A stretch of 64,000 nucleotides of DNA, taken from positions 53,816,001-53,880,000 of the forward strand of contig NC_082708.1 in NCBI RefSeq assembly GCF_030144855.1. Reading direction: 5' to 3'. The stretch comes from Hypanus sabinus. Its lineage: Eukaryota. The notes under the pieces are model-generated. The model searched no databases, was not told where the DNA came from, and saw only the letters and a program-made list of their open reading frames with translations. Shown here in pieces: positions 63,352-64,000 of this stretch. Made by a program: the position numbers and the translations under genes. Positions within the stretch are counted from its first letter, which is position 1, and every line of letters starts with the position of its first letter.

Positions 63352-64000
63352 ACAGGTAATTGCAACTGGGCAGAAGTTACACAGTATTTGCTCAGATTGT
63401 GGTGTGGGTGGTTGAAACATCTCAGCTCTCTGATCTGGTAGGATCCAAGTCATATCGACCCTAGATGTACGGAGTTCGGGAAAGGTGGTTTTCTCACTGC
63501 TGAGGCCATTAGCTGGTTAGCGAGAGGCTAACCAGCTGTGTTTCTAGAGATGCCTGGTAAAAGGGAGTTTCACACACTTGGGGTAAGTTAGTTGTTAACC
63601 AGGGGGACTGAGCCAAGGGGAAATAATAATATCCATTACACTTGTAGTTTCTCAAAATACTTTGCAAAATTTTGCATTGGAAATGAACTGGTGCAGAGCC
63701 CTCTATAGAGAATTTAACATGTGGATGAATTGGTCAGCAACTATATATGTCTTTAACCAATCATACTGACTAAATGTGTTCCTATTCCTTATGGTCTTCT
63801 TCCTTAAATGTATGACATGACTGAGAGATCTTTACCACCATTCCTTAACTCCTGCAGACCTCTAATTGTTTTTCTTTTAAAGAAAGGTGCCCTGAAACTT
63901 CCTGGATGCTTTATTTATAGTAGCCTGCTCAATTTAATAATCTTTTTCAACTTCACATGTGTTTATGAGTTATTAGTTCAGAATCCACAGAGTTCATCAA

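Noticed and set aside
63352-64000. 3' LTR of the ERV
   Set aside because: No convincing similarity by eye to 48012-48411.

Overview
Vertebrate genomic DNA, most likely from a cartilaginous fish (inferred from the repeat landscape: CR1, Rex1/Babar, Penelope-derived hairpins, V-SINE-like elements). Positions 2784-36425 on the minus strand hold the 5' part of RANBP2/Nup358. I traced 20 GT-AG-bounded coding exons in one continuous frame (7093 nt, including a 4354-nt exon 20 with three Ran-binding domains and a reduced zinc-finger array), plus a 78-nt in-frame cassette exon in intron 20. The remaining 3' exons lie beyond position 1. A CpG-rich promoter sits at about 36200-36850. The upstream 27 kb is nested, decayed transposons: CR1, Rex1, Tx1, Penelope, a class-I ERV with env, BEL/Pao, Gypsy, Tc1 and hAT. 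The most unusual observations are: a 28S rRNA 3'-end fragment inside a non-autonomous hAT transposon; the FG-like cassette exon; hammerhead-ribozyme cores in a Penelope-derived hairpin in intron 18; an in-frame BEL/Gypsy junction; a doubly truncated Tx1 fragment between inverted Penelope ends; a twin-primed young L1; and non-human residues at the three classic ANE1 disease positions. All homology calls come from recalled family motifs, not from database searches.
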